Positions 28,519 through 37,899 of a stretch of 52,080 bases of DNA are shown in pieces (the first letter of the stretch is position 1; each line of letters begins with the position of its first letter). The notes beneath the pieces were generated by a model. The model worked only from the letters and a program-made list of their open reading frames with translations, was not told where the DNA came from and ran no database searches. A program made the translations under genes and the position numbers. The stretch is from an uncultured Planctomycetaceae bacterium (lineage in GTDB: Bacteria; Planctomycetota; Planctomycetia; Planctomycetales; Planctomycetaceae): contig CAXBME010000029.1 of the NCBI GenBank assembly GCA_963976765.1, forward strand, positions 62,001 through 114,080. Direction: 5' to 3'.

Positions 28519-30762
28519 CTACTCGATCAAGTGGAGGGTGGGTGACGCCGCTGTTTCATTAAGATGACCAATCGTCCACGCATTAACTCCAGCTTTGTGC
28601 AGTTGCTCGTGCAGATGCCGCTCTTTGTCTGGAGAAACTGACAGGAGTAGTCCGCCTGAGGTTTGCGGGTCGAACAGTGCCGCGAATTCGGGCAGCTCCG
28701 TCATTCGATCGTTGGAACATTTTGTTCTGACCGCGACTTCTCGATTTGCCGGAGCGAGTGTGCTTTCAAGGCCGTCCCGCAGTAATTCCCTGGCACCGGG
28801 GAGTAGAGGCAGATTGCCAGACTGTACCTCGGCGTCGAGATTGCTGGCGTCGAGGATTTCGAGCAAGTGACCGGCCAGACCGAACCCGGTAACGTCGGTG
28901 ACGGCATTTACCTCGACGTCCCGCGCAACGATCGATGCCGCTTCGTTTGACTTCAGCATGGAAGCCAGCAGGTTGTCGACCCATTCTCCACGAGTTCGTG
29001 CTTGCGGAATCCCAGCCAGCAGCGTGCCTGTTCCAAGGGCTTTGGTCAGGATCAGGGCGTCACCCGGTTTGGCATTGGACTTCAGAAGTGCCGGTTTTCC
29101 GTAGAGCGTCCCCATGACGGTAAAGCCGACGGTAAGTTCAGAGGCTTCGGTCGTGTGACCGCCGAGCAGTTCGACACCACATCGATCGAATTCGTAGAGG
29201 CTGCCCGAAAGAACCTGATAAAGCAGCTCTGCCTGTTGACGTGGCTCGCCCTCCTGAAGTTGGACCATCGCCAGTGCCTGAGTCGGTTTTCCGCCCGTCG
29301 CCCAGATGTCGCTGAGCGAATTCAACGCGGCGACTCGTCCAACGAGCCACGGGTCGTCCATGAAGGCCTGGAAGAAATCGATCGTGATCATTTCGGGCGG
29401 AGACTTCGGATCGAGCATCGCCGCATCTTCAGGATGCTTCACTGCATTGTGTTGCCGGTCTGGGTGTTCCTCGCCGATCCGATCCAGTGCCGCGCGAAGA
29501 ACTCCAGCACCTGCTTTGCCACCACAGCCTCGACATCGCATGGTCGGGGGGAGGGGATTCGTCTTAAGGTGAGTTTGTCCTGACCTTGCCAGCATCGCGT
29601 CCATGCTTTCGTACTCCTGGTACATCCGCATGAATTTGCGATCGATGTGGTCTTTCAGTTGCCATGTCCAGCGACCGTGGGCTGAGAATTTTTTGTAGTC
29701 GAGAAACGATCCGCCTTCACCGTCCGCCAGAAGCGACAGGAATCCTGATTGAGGAATGTAGGGCTTGAGCGGCTGACCGTTCAGAAAACGCTGCAGATTT
29801 TCCCATAGAAACGGCCCTTCCCGAACGGCATAGACGCCGGACTTTCTGACTGGCGAGTCGACGAGGGTGGCTGAATCTCCGACCGCGAAGACTGGTTTGT
29901 CGTCGATTGTCTGGAGCGTGTTTCGAACGGCCAGGAACCCATCGTCCCCCTTGGAAAGGGGGATGTTTTCAATGAGTGCTGGCGGCGTCGCGCCGGTGGC
30001 CCAGACGATGATGTCGGCATCGATCATTGTGCCATCGGAAAGTTTGAGAGAACTGTCAGTCACCTCTTCGACACGGACGTTCGATCTGATGGTAATCTGA
30101 CGTCTCCTGAAATGATCAGTCGCCTTTTGAATGGTGCCCGGCAGATAACCTCGCAGGACCGTGTCTCCGGAGTCGACCAGGGTCACTTGTGTGGCCATAC
30201 CTTGAGTTCGCAGTCGTGCTTCGAGGCAAAGAGTTACTTCAACGCCAGCGGCTCCGCCTCCAACAACGACGACCTGAATTAGTGCCTTGCTTCCTTTGTT
30301 CGGTTCTGACTTTCGCACATCGTCGAGACGTGTCACGAGTCGATCGCGAAACGTGGCCATTGGTTTGATGGGCAGGAACGCGGCAGAATTTGCCCACTGA
30401 TCGGCTCCAGCTGGCACCGAACCGATTCCGACCGAAGCCACATCAAAGCGAATCGGTGGTCGATTTGCGAAGAGGACTCGTCGGCGGTCAGGGTCGAGGC
30501 CAATGACTTCTTCGATGATTACTCGGACGCCGATGGGAGCAGCGAATCGGTACAGATCGATGGCCATCTCGTCCGGTTCATAGAGTCCTGCCAGCGTACC
30601 GGGCAGCATGCCGCTGTACGTGGCTCGGCTGAACGGGCTGATCAAAGTCAGGCGAGTATCTCTGATCGGGAACATCTTCCACATGCGCACGATGTGCATG
30701 TTGGTATGGCCGGCTCCGATCAACACGATGTCGCGGCTGGCGAGTCGTTCGTCCATGGTCAC
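28519..30762 (-). CDS. selD: Selenide,water dikinase fused to an N-terminal FAD-dependent pyridine-nucleotide oxidoreductase domain
   Basis: N-terminal VLIGAGHT, VVVGGGAAGVE, VFAVGD; C-terminal CRGCGGK, EDAA, IDFF, NSLSDIWA.GG.P, GGHT, LILTK.LGTG, TDVTGFGL.GH, DPQTSGGLL. Confidence 0.93.
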   Translation of the reverse strand: MTMDERLASRDIVLIGAGHTNMHIVRMWKMFPIRDTRLTLISPFSRATYSGMLPGTLAGLYEPDEMAIDLYRFAAPIGVRVIIEEVIGLDPDRRRVLFANRPPIRFDVASVGIGSVPAGADQWANSAAFLPIKPMATFRDRLVTRLDDVRKSEPNKGSKALIQVVVVGGGAAGVEVTLCLEARLRTQGMATQVTLVDSGDTVLRGYLPGTIQKATDHFRRRQITIRSNVRVEEVTDSSLKLSDGTMIDADIIVWATGATPPALIENIPLSKGDDGFLAVRNTLQTIDDKPVFAVGDSATLVDSPVRKSGVYAVREGPFLWENLQRFLNGQPLKPYIPQSGFLSLLADGEGGSFLDYKKFSAHGRWTWQLKDHIDRKFMRMYQEYESMDAMLARSGQTHLKTNPLPPTMRCRGCGGKAGAGVLRAALDRIGEEHPDRQHNAVKHPEDAAMLDPKSPPEMITIDFFQAFMDDPWLVGRVAALNSLSDIWATGGKPTQALAMVQLQEGEPRQQAELLYQVLSGSLYEFDRCGVELLGGHTTEASELTVGFTVMGTLYGKPALLKSNAKPGDALILTKALGTGTLLAGIPQARTRGEWVDNLLASMLKSNEAASIVARDVEVNAVTDVTGFGLAGHLLEILDASNLDAEVQSGNLPLLPGARELLRDGLESTLAPANREVAVRTKCSNDRMTELPEFAALFDPQTSGGLLLSVSPDKERHLHEQLHKAGVNAWTIGHLNETAASPTLHLIE

Positions 30763-30774
30763 GGCGCGGCAGCC

Positions 30775-31539
30775 TTATCCAAACAGCTTGTGAGCTTCGC
30801 CATAGTTCAATCGTCGAGCGCGGACGAGTCCGTCGGCGAGCGTTTCGCCGTTCGGGTCGACGTAGACGCGACCGGTCGGCAACGCACTGCCAGGACGGCA
30901 TCCCAGCACGTGAATGTTGAAAATAAACGCGGACTCGCTGGTCGCTTTGAACCAGTGGATGTTGTCTTTGTAGTCCGAAACCGTCGACGTTCCACCCGGC
31001 TTGAACTGAGCATCAATGGTCGGGCGAATGATCAGGTGCTCGGCCTCATCTTCGATCCGGTCGTAATGCCGGCCGTGCAAGTCGCCTTTCAGAACCAGGA
31101 AAGCCGTCGCCATGTTGTTGTGGCCGTGCGGGATGACCGACTGTCCTTTTTTGATGGCGAAAATCTGAGTGCCGAATACCAGTTTTTTCGGCAGCCCGTC
31201 GACTTCAGGAAACTTTGATCGCAGGCTGCGAGCGCCGTGGTCGACGAACTTCAGATCCTTTGTCAGATTCTTAAAGTCCACAAATTTCATCAGCTCGTCG
31301 ACTTCAATCTTCCCGTAGAGCTCTTCGACTTTTTTTTGCCACGCAACCTGACTGATGCGCTGTTCTTTGACGTCGCCAGCCAGTTCGTTCAGACCGGCAA
31401 GCCATTTCGTCGTGATCGAGCTGACGTCTGCTGACCAGGCATCGCGGGCGAAGATGGTTTCAAACAGCGTGAGCGTCAGCAGCGACTGTATTCCGGCTTT
31501 TCCGAAATCTCGACGCGTTACGTTCGACAGTTCTGTCAT
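30775..31539 (-). CDS. Tat-exported cupin of thiol-dioxygenase (PCO/ADO/CDO-like) type
   Basis: Twin-arginine TRRDFGK plus hydrophobic stretch and AWS cleavage-like site; IPHGHNNM (HxH) and NIHWF third His. Confidence 0.65.
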   Translation of the reverse strand: MTELSNVTRRDFGKAGIQSLLTLTLFETIFARDAWSADVSSITTKWLAGLNELAGDVKEQRISQVAWQKKVEELYGKIEVDELMKFVDFKNLTKDLKFVDHGARSLRSKFPEVDGLPKKLVFGTQIFAIKKGQSVIPHGHNNMATAFLVLKGDLHGRHYDRIEDEAEHLIIRPTIDAQFKPGGTSTVSDYKDNIHWFKATSESAFIFNIHVLGCRPGSALPTGRVYVDPNGETLADGLVRARRLNYGEAHKLFG

Positions 31540-31844
31540 GGCAAAGATTCCCAAGGTTGGAGTCACTCACGGTCCGGTTGCAGCGAGAGGAGCGGATGCA
31601 CCGAGTTTAGCGGAATTCATTCGCTGGTCAGTAGCCCAACGGTTGGATCGAGCGTCCGAAGTGCCGCTCTAGCGGTTTGACAGTGCCGTGGGGTGACCTA
31701 AGTTTCAGGCAGCGCTGCGAACGTGCCTCGACGCTCCGTGAGAAGACTCCAGCGGACGAATGCTGGAGACGGGAATTGCAGATGTACGGTCAATTTCGAC
31801 CAACCTTCTTTGAACGTTGCCTGGATTTCGATCGGAAGTCACTC

Positions 31845-32891
31845 ATGGCTGGCAGAATTAACAAACGCGAGCTGCTGCGCCGGACTCTGTCCGTTTCCGG
31901 TGGCATCAAGGCGCTTGAGTCGTTGCCGGTCTGGAACGGGTTGCTCGTACTTAACTATCACCGGATCGGGACGCCGACTGATCCACTTCTTGATGAAGCG
32001 CTCTGGAGCGCCACTCAGGACGATTTTGATCGTCAGGTAAAGATGCTGAAGGAAGGCTTCGATGTCATCGGCCTGTCCGAACTACCTGACGCCATACGTG
32101 ACGTGCAGGCGGCACGCCGCCTTTCGTGGCAGGCGTCACGGTTCGCAATGATCACCTTTGACGATGGCTATCGCGACAACTACGAACTCGCTTTCCCGGT
32201 GTTGAAGGCGAACGATGTTCATGGCGTCTTCTTTGTCGCGACTGGATTTATCGATGAGCCTCGACTGGCGTGGTGGGATGAGATCGCCTGGATGGTTCGG
32301 TCGAGCACTCGTGACATGATCGGACTTCCCGAAAACTGGCTCGACGGGCAATTGAAACTTGATGGTTCGAACCGACGATCCGTCATCAATCAATTGTTGC
32401 GAGTGTATTATCGGCTTGACGGAAGTCGAACCGAGCAGTTTTTGAATCGCGTTGCGGAAGCAACCGGTTCGGGACGCGCCCCTGCTGATACAGCGACGGG
32501 ACAGTGGATGACGTGGGCAATGATCCGCGAAATGAGTGACGCCGGGATGGACTTCGGGGCTCACACGGTCACGCATCCGATACTTGCTAACCTGACGGCG
32601 GAAGAGCAGGGGATCGAGCTTTGCGAGTCGAGGCTGCAACTCGAACGGCGGCTGGATCGCCCAGTTACTTCATTGAGCTACCCGGTCGGCAAACGGGAGT
32701 CGTTCAACGATGAGACCCGAGCAGCGCTACGCCATCATGGCTTCGACTGGGCGTTCAGCTATTACGGTGGGCATTCTTCCGGTGTCGAAGTCGATCGGTA
32801 CGACATTCCTCGCGTTGCCGTCGAGAGCGATGTCTCGCTGGCGGATTTCCGTTCTTACTGCGCTCTACCTCACATCTTTGCCCGGCACTGA
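31845..32891 (+). CDS. Polysaccharide deacetylase (CE4/NodB-like) family protein
   Basis: VLNYHRI, ITFDDGYRDNY..AFP.LK, FGAHTVTHPIL, SYP.G; start refined from ORF 31677. Confidence 0.9.
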   Translation: MAGRINKRELLRRTLSVSGGIKALESLPVWNGLLVLNYHRIGTPTDPLLDEALWSATQDDFDRQVKMLKEGFDVIGLSELPDAIRDVQAARRLSWQASRFAMITFDDGYRDNYELAFPVLKANDVHGVFFVATGFIDEPRLAWWDEIAWMVRSSTRDMIGLPENWLDGQLKLDGSNRRSVINQLLRVYYRLDGSRTEQFLNRVAEATGSGRAPADTATGQWMTWAMIREMSDAGMDFGAHTVTHPILANLTAEEQGIELCESRLQLERRLDRPVTSLSYPVGKRESFNDETRAALRHHGFDWAFSYYGGHSSGVEVDRYDIPRVAVESDVSLADFRSYCALPHIFARH

Positions 32892-33237
32892 TTCCTGTCA
32901 GAAATCAACAGGTTCGCATGAGGCAGCAGATTGTTTTGTGATGGATACCGGCCTCCCAGCCGGCAGTCCCACCTCGGGTGCGTTTCGCAGGACGGTTAAG
33001 CAGCTTCTGTGCCGACTCTGCTGAACGGCAATGATGTTGGGAAATCGAACGATTCAGGTGTCGCCATACCTGTCTCGTTGAAGATTATGCCAGAATTCGT
33101 TGCACTTTCTGCAAGGCTTAATCATTAAGCCTTCATGCTGAATGAGTGGTTGCATCGCGGTACACTTTTGCGACAGTCAAGGTCACTCGTCGGAACCTTG
33201 AAGTCCGTGGCCGTTGCTCACGTTGAAAAGGCTGACA

Positions 33238-34359
33238 ATGTCTCGTGAATCCGTGTTTGAATCGACGCTGGAGTTCTTCCTGGCGCCACTTCGAGAGTTC
33301 CTGGAAGACGACACGGTTACCGAAATCATGGTCAACGGCTACCGGGAAGTTTATGTCGAGCGAGGCGGAAAGCTGTACGAGACTGACGCTCGCTTCGAGT
33401 CCGAAGATGCGCTGATTTCGGCGATCACAAATATCGCTCAGTACGTCGGACGAGAGATCGACCGCGACCGACCGATTCTCGATGCACGACTGCCGAGCGG
33501 TTCGCGGGTTCATGCAGTGATTCCTCCGAGTTCCAGAACCGGAACTTACCTCACGATTCGAAAGTTCAAACGCGACATCTTCAGTCTGGAAGATTTTGTG
33601 CGTCTGGGAAGCATTTCGGCGGAGGCAAAGGAGTTCCTTGAACTCTGTGTGCGTATGAAAAAGAACATTGTCGTGGCCGGCGGAACGGGGACTGGTAAAA
33701 CGACGATGTTGAATGCCGTGTCGACGGCGGTGCCCGAGAACGAACGGATTGTCGTCATTGAGGACAGCTCGGAGCTGAAGCTTGCTCAGAAACATTCGCT
33801 CTATCTGGAAGCGCAACAGACTGACAGCTACGGTCACGGCGGAGTGACGATTCGCGATTTATTTCGCGCGTCACTGAGAATGCGTCCTGACCGAATCATC
33901 GTTGGCGAAGTTCGCGGTGGCGAAGCTCTTGACATGGTTCAGTCGATGATCAGCGGCCACACCGGAAGTCTGACGACGGTTCACGCTACCTCGCCGCGTG
34001 ACGCATTGGTGAGGCTGGAAACGCTTTCGCTGATGTCTGACGTCGATATCCCGATTTACGTAGCGCGCGCCCAGGTTGCGTCAGCAATCAATGTGATCGT
34101 GCAGCTTTCGCGATTCGCCGACGATGGTTCGCGGAAAGTGACTCGAATTGCTGAGGCATTCGGGCTAGGGGCAAACAACGAATATCAGTTCCATGATATT
34201 TTCGCGTCGCGAATGCAAGGCCGTTCAGAATCCGGCGAGTTGATTTCAGAACTCGAATTCACCGGCCAGCAGCCAACCTTCGCCAGCGAACCTTATGAGC
34301 AAGGTCTGGAATCCGACATCAGCCACACGCTGCCGGTCTGGAAAGTTCCTGAGGAGTGA
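33238..34359 (+). CDS. CpaF/TadA-family secretion ATPase
   Basis: EIMVNG, DARLP.GSRV, Walker A GGTGTGKTT, IED..EL, LRMRPDRIIVGEVRG.EA, GH.GS.TTVHA. Confidence 0.92.
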   Translation: MSRESVFESTLEFFLAPLREFLEDDTVTEIMVNGYREVYVERGGKLYETDARFESEDALISAITNIAQYVGREIDRDRPILDARLPSGSRVHAVIPPSSRTGTYLTIRKFKRDIFSLEDFVRLGSISAEAKEFLELCVRMKKNIVVAGGTGTGKTTMLNAVSTAVPENERIVVIEDSSELKLAQKHSLYLEAQQTDSYGHGGVTIRDLFRASLRMRPDRIIVGEVRGGEALDMVQSMISGHTGSLTTVHATSPRDALVRLETLSLMSDVDIPIYVARAQVASAINVIVQLSRFADDGSRKVTRIAEAFGLGANNEYQFHDIFASRMQGRSESGELISELEFTGQQPTFASEPYEQGLESDISHTLPVWKVPEE

Positions 34360-34419
34360 CGTTTGCCACCGACGATTCATGCCTTGCGCAACGAATTACT
34401 TGCACTTATTTATGTTTAC

Positions 34420-34992
34420 TTATTCGGCACTTCGGACAGCCAGATGGGGCTGGTCGCTCCAGAGACCTCGGCGCGAAGTTCTAGCCTCGTTCTCAGCAAG
34501 TTGGAAGCGGGCTTTCATGGATCGGTCAAATGGGTAGCGGGTGATGCACCTGCTGTAGCCGGCTCGGATCAATTCTTCATTAAGGCACCAGTCGTCGAGA
34601 TAGACGTAGGCGAGAAGTCGCTGATAGCGGTCGCGTTTTTCGCGGTCGAATTTGAGCTGGACGACCTTGCCTTCAACGGCCCGTTTTGTGAACGAGGACG
34701 CCTCGGGACCAAACGGTTCCACCGGTTTGGTCGGATGTTTTGTCTCGGGCGTGTCGACGCCGATCAGCCGAACTCGCTCGTCGTTCTGCAGAACGAGCGT
34801 GTCGCCGTCAACAACTCGGACTACTCGCCATTGTTCCTGGTCCTCCGTGACGGATTGCGCCGGAAGAACCGCGTCGATCTGGTTCTGGATGCGATCCCAG
34901 ATTCCGAACCGTTGCAGCAGGAAGATCGCGATTCCCAGAACGACAACGACACTTCGGGGAACACGACGCGTGCGACGACTTTTTCCAGCCAA
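34420..34992 (-). CDS. Thermonuclease (SNase) family protein with N-terminal TM anchor
   Basis: VVDGDT, VRLIGVDTPE, DRYQRLLAYVY, AR..RRGLW. Confidence 0.92.
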   Translation of the reverse strand: MAGKSRRTRRVPRSVVVVLGIAIFLLQRFGIWDRIQNQIDAVLPAQSVTEDQEQWRVVRVVDGDTLVLQNDERVRLIGVDTPETKHPTKPVEPFGPEASSFTKRAVEGKVVQLKFDREKRDRYQRLLAYVYLDDWCLNEELIRAGYSRCITRYPFDRSMKARFQLAENEARTSRRGLWSDQPHLAVRSAE

Positions 34993-35055
34993 GGCTCCGC
35001 CTTTCTGAATCGTTCAATCCGTGAGTTCTGTGGTTTCGCCTGGCGGAAACGGGAA

Positions 35056-35355
35056 TCAGTTCTCGCTGAAACGCATTCTGCCCGTGCGGTGTCGCGCGAG
35101 TGGATCTTTCGCGTAGTTGCGGCAGCATGGCTGGCACAGATCAAAGCGGAATGACTTTGGCTCGGCGCCGTCCAGGTTGAGGTCGCCTGTCAGTTCCATA
35201 TCGGCGAGCATCTCAGCGATTTCTGACAGGTTGTCCCGATCCAGATCCTCTTCCGTAATATCGTCTGGGTCAAAAGCCGGATAGACCTCCAGCCGGACAA
35301 CAAATCGCTTCTCATCAATTTTCTGCCCGCACAGATCACAGGTGTGATGCAGCAT
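35056..35355 (-). CDS. Small acidic protein with two CxxC pairs (putative Zn-binding)
   Basis: CDLCG near the N-terminus and DLCQPC near the C-terminus; AGGGA upstream of the ATG. Confidence 0.72.
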   Translation of the reverse strand: MLHHTCDLCGQKIDEKRFVVRLEVYPAFDPDDITEEDLDRDNLSEIAEMLADMELTGDLNLDGAEPKSFRFDLCQPCCRNYAKDPLARHRTGRMRFSEN

Positions 35356-35603
35356 CTAATTTCAATCCCTTAGTGATGAAGCGGTGACAGGCTCTCGCGT
35401 CAGCAGATCCGTATTAACGATGTGAGTTGTGGACTCTGCTCGGAACCCGGTAGTCGTCGCTTCGTTGAAGATGTGTGACTTCGATTAGAACAAAATAAAC
35501 GAGGCGGAAAAAGCGACGGCAGTGGGTTTTCTGAAATTCAGAAAAGATCAGTAAGCGCTGTTGCATTCTTTCGCCGGTTTCAGACAACCACGCATCGGGG
35601 AAT

Positions 35604-36725
35604 TCAAGCCAGACCTTCGTTCAACGGTTGCAGATCACCAGGAATGAAGAAGCCATCTTTGCGGATCACCTCGTCGTCGAACCAGACTTCGCCGCCGCCA
35701 TAGGCTTTTGTTTGAATCAGGACGATGTCCCAGTGGACCTTGCTGCGATTGCCGTTGTCGGCGGTTGTGTAGGCGTTGCCTGGCGTCAGGTGCAGCGAGC
35801 CGCCGATTTTCTCGTCAAACAAAGTGTCGAGCATGGGTTCGCTGATTTCGTTGTTCAGGCCGAGCGACCATTCACCGATGTACCTCGCGCCTTCGTCGGT
35901 ATCGAGGATTTCGTTCAGCCGTTTTGTCTGTCCGTTCGCGCATTCGGCGTGAATGATCTTTCCGGCTTTGAATTCGAAACGGATTCGGTCGAAGACAACT
36001 CCCTGATTAAGAGTCTTTGTATTGTAGGTGATGACGCCGTTGACACTGTCTCGGACGGGAGCGGTAAACATTTCTCCGTCCGGGATGTTGCGGCGACCGT
36101 GTGAAGCGACGACGGGAATGCCGTCGATTGAGAAGGTCAGATCGGTGTCTGGAGCGACGATGCGAACCTGCTTCGCGGCTTCCATCCGCCGCTGGAGTGG
36201 CTTCTGGTTCTCGGCGAGCCTGGGGTAATCGGCGGTGCAGACTTTGAAATAGAAGTCTTCGAACTGTTCGGTGCTTTTCTCAGCCGACTGAGCCATCGAC
36301 GGCGTCGGATAGCGAAGGACGACCCACTTGGTTTTCGGGACTCGAATCGCGTGGTGAACTCGGTGCCAGCAGTGTTCCTGATAAAGTTTCATCCGATCAG
36401 ACGGAACATCGGAAAGTTCGTTGCTGTTGGCTGTTCCTCGGATGCCGATGTAAGCGTCCATGTGCTCCATTGTGTGGGCGTCGAGATCGCCTTGGAGAGT
36501 GAACGACGCTTCGTTGCCGTGGTGGAGCAGGCTTCGCGCGATCGCGTTGCACTTCCAGTTGACGATGGGAATACCGCCTCGGGCGTGGGCCAGTTCCACC
36601 AGACAGCAGACCAGCGACGGATCGGGCAGGTCGAAAGCTTCGATCAGCACTTTCTCGCCGGGCTGAAGCTGCGTGCTATGGTCGATAAGCAGCTCGGCGA
36701 GCTTTCTGATTCGAGGATCAAGCAT
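35604..36725 (-). CDS. M29-family metallo-aminopeptidase
   Basis: NIPDGE.FTAP, DEGARYIGE, LFDEKIGG..H..PGNAY, N.S.VHWD. Confidence 0.93.
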   Translation of the reverse strand: MLDPRIRKLAELLIDHSTQLQPGEKVLIEAFDLPDPSLVCCLVELAHARGGIPIVNWKCNAIARSLLHHGNEASFTLQGDLDAHTMEHMDAYIGIRGTANSNELSDVPSDRMKLYQEHCWHRVHHAIRVPKTKWVVLRYPTPSMAQSAEKSTEQFEDFYFKVCTADYPRLAENQKPLQRRMEAAKQVRIVAPDTDLTFSIDGIPVVASHGRRNIPDGEMFTAPVRDSVNGVITYNTKTLNQGVVFDRIRFEFKAGKIIHAECANGQTKRLNEILDTDEGARYIGEWSLGLNNEISEPMLDTLFDEKIGGSLHLTPGNAYTTADNGNRSKVHWDIVLIQTKAYGGGEVWFDDEVIRKDGFFIPGDLQPLNEGLA

Positions 36726-36758
36726 GTTTCGACTCCATTCGAAAATTGTGGTTGCTGG

Positions 36759-37676
36759 CTAGGTCGCGATCAGAATATCGGCCAGGCCGAAGGCCAGCAG
36801 CCCAAAGCTGACTGCGGTGTTGACGTTGAAGAATGCAATATTTACGCGAGTCAGATTTTCGGCACTGACTAGCGAGTGTTCATAGATCAGCAACGCAGAA
36901 ACAGCGATCACGCCGGCCAGGAAGATCATCCCGAAACCGGCGAAGTGCCACAGACCGAACAGAGCGGCGATGGTCAGAAGATGACTGAGCAGAGCGATCC
37001 GAAGAGCGCCGCGAATTCCCCAGCGGGACGGGATGCTGAACAGCTTACTGTCGCGATCGAAGTCGGCATCCTGGCAGGCGTAGATAATGTCGAAGCCGCC
37101 GACCCAGAAGAAAATCACCAGTCCAAGCAGCGCGGGCACGACTGCAAACTCGTCGCGAACGGCAATCCAGGCGGCAATTGGAGAAAGCATCAACGCCGTC
37201 GACAACCAGTAGTGGCACCACACGGTCAGGCGTTTGGCGTACGAATAGCTCAGAAGAAACAGCAGGACGGGCACGGACAGAATGATTGGAAGTTGCTTTG
37301 GCAGAAAGATCAGCGTCGAGCCGACGAACGCGGCCGAGCAGACAATTGTGAACACCATAACTGCCTTTGCGGACAGAATCCCGGCGGGAATGTGACGTCC
37401 GGCAGTGCGCGGGTTTCCGGCATCAATCTTTGCATCGACGAGCCGGTTGAAAGCCATGGCTGCTGACCTGGCGAAAACCATGCAGAGCAGAATGCCGAGC
37501 AGATCCTGCCAGCGGAAAACGGTGTCTGGCTGAAACCACGCGATGGCTGCTGAGAGAAGTGCGAAGGGCAGCGCGAAGACAGTATGGCTGAAACGGATCA
37601 ACTCCAGCAGCTGGCGAATCCGATCGCGCAGCCCTTTCGATGGTGTTTGCGTTTCTGGTGAAGCTGCCGCACTCAC
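36759..37676 (-). CDS. UbiA-family polyprenyltransferase (MqnP-like)
   Basis: FSHTVFALPFA, ARSAAMAFNRL.D..ID..NPRT..R.IP.G, YSY.KR, GFDIIYACQD.DFD; GTG 37676 has GGGAG upstream, and the ORF-track N-terminus runs through a repeat. Confidence 0.9.
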   Translation of the reverse strand: MSAAASPETQTPSKGLRDRIRQLLELIRFSHTVFALPFALLSAAIAWFQPDTVFRWQDLLGILLCMVFARSAAMAFNRLVDAKIDAGNPRTAGRHIPAGILSAKAVMVFTIVCSAAFVGSTLIFLPKQLPIILSVPVLLFLLSYSYAKRLTVWCHYWLSTALMLSPIAAWIAVRDEFAVVPALLGLVIFFWVGGFDIIYACQDADFDRDSKLFSIPSRWGIRGALRIALLSHLLTIAALFGLWHFAGFGMIFLAGVIAVSALLIYEHSLVSAENLTRVNIAFFNVNTAVSFGLLAFGLADILIAT

Positions 37677-37694
37677 GATCCGTGCTCCCATGTT

Positions 37695-37810
37695 GGGTGA
37701 CACAGGTTGAATGCAGCCTGTGCGACGAAGCCGCAAGAGGTAGTCATTGGTCGACTGAGATGTTCCTCTTGTCGCTTCGCGACACTGGTTGCGAGCAACC
37801 AGTGCCACCC
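37695..37810. repeat. About 115-bp inverted-repeat element (REPIN/MITE-like), family B, copy 1
   Basis: gggtgacacaggttgaatgcagcctgtg-cgacgaagccgcaagagg ... cctcttgtcgcttcgcga-cactggttgcgagcaaccagtgccaccc; homologous to 41094-41206. Confidence 0.8.
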
Positions 37811-37823
37811 TTCGTGTTCGAAC

Positions 37824-37845
37824 TGGTGGGCAGTGCCCATTCTGT
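37824..37845. repeat. Possible degenerate single REP-like hairpin
   Basis: tggtgggcagtgcccattctgt contains the hairpin tgggca-g-tgccca and resembles the reverse complement of GTAG-type REPs. Confidence 0.35.
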
Positions 37846-37899
37846 ATCAAGTCCGCGATTGGATGAATGGATTAACGACCAGTCACAAAATCAAGGCTT

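Noticed and set aside
29505..29540. Selenocysteine in SelD
   Set aside because: Active-site residues are encoded as Cys and the ORF has no in-frame TGA
34363..35154. 263-aa plus-strand ORF
   Set aside because: Antisense to the well-supported thermonuclease and CxxC genes
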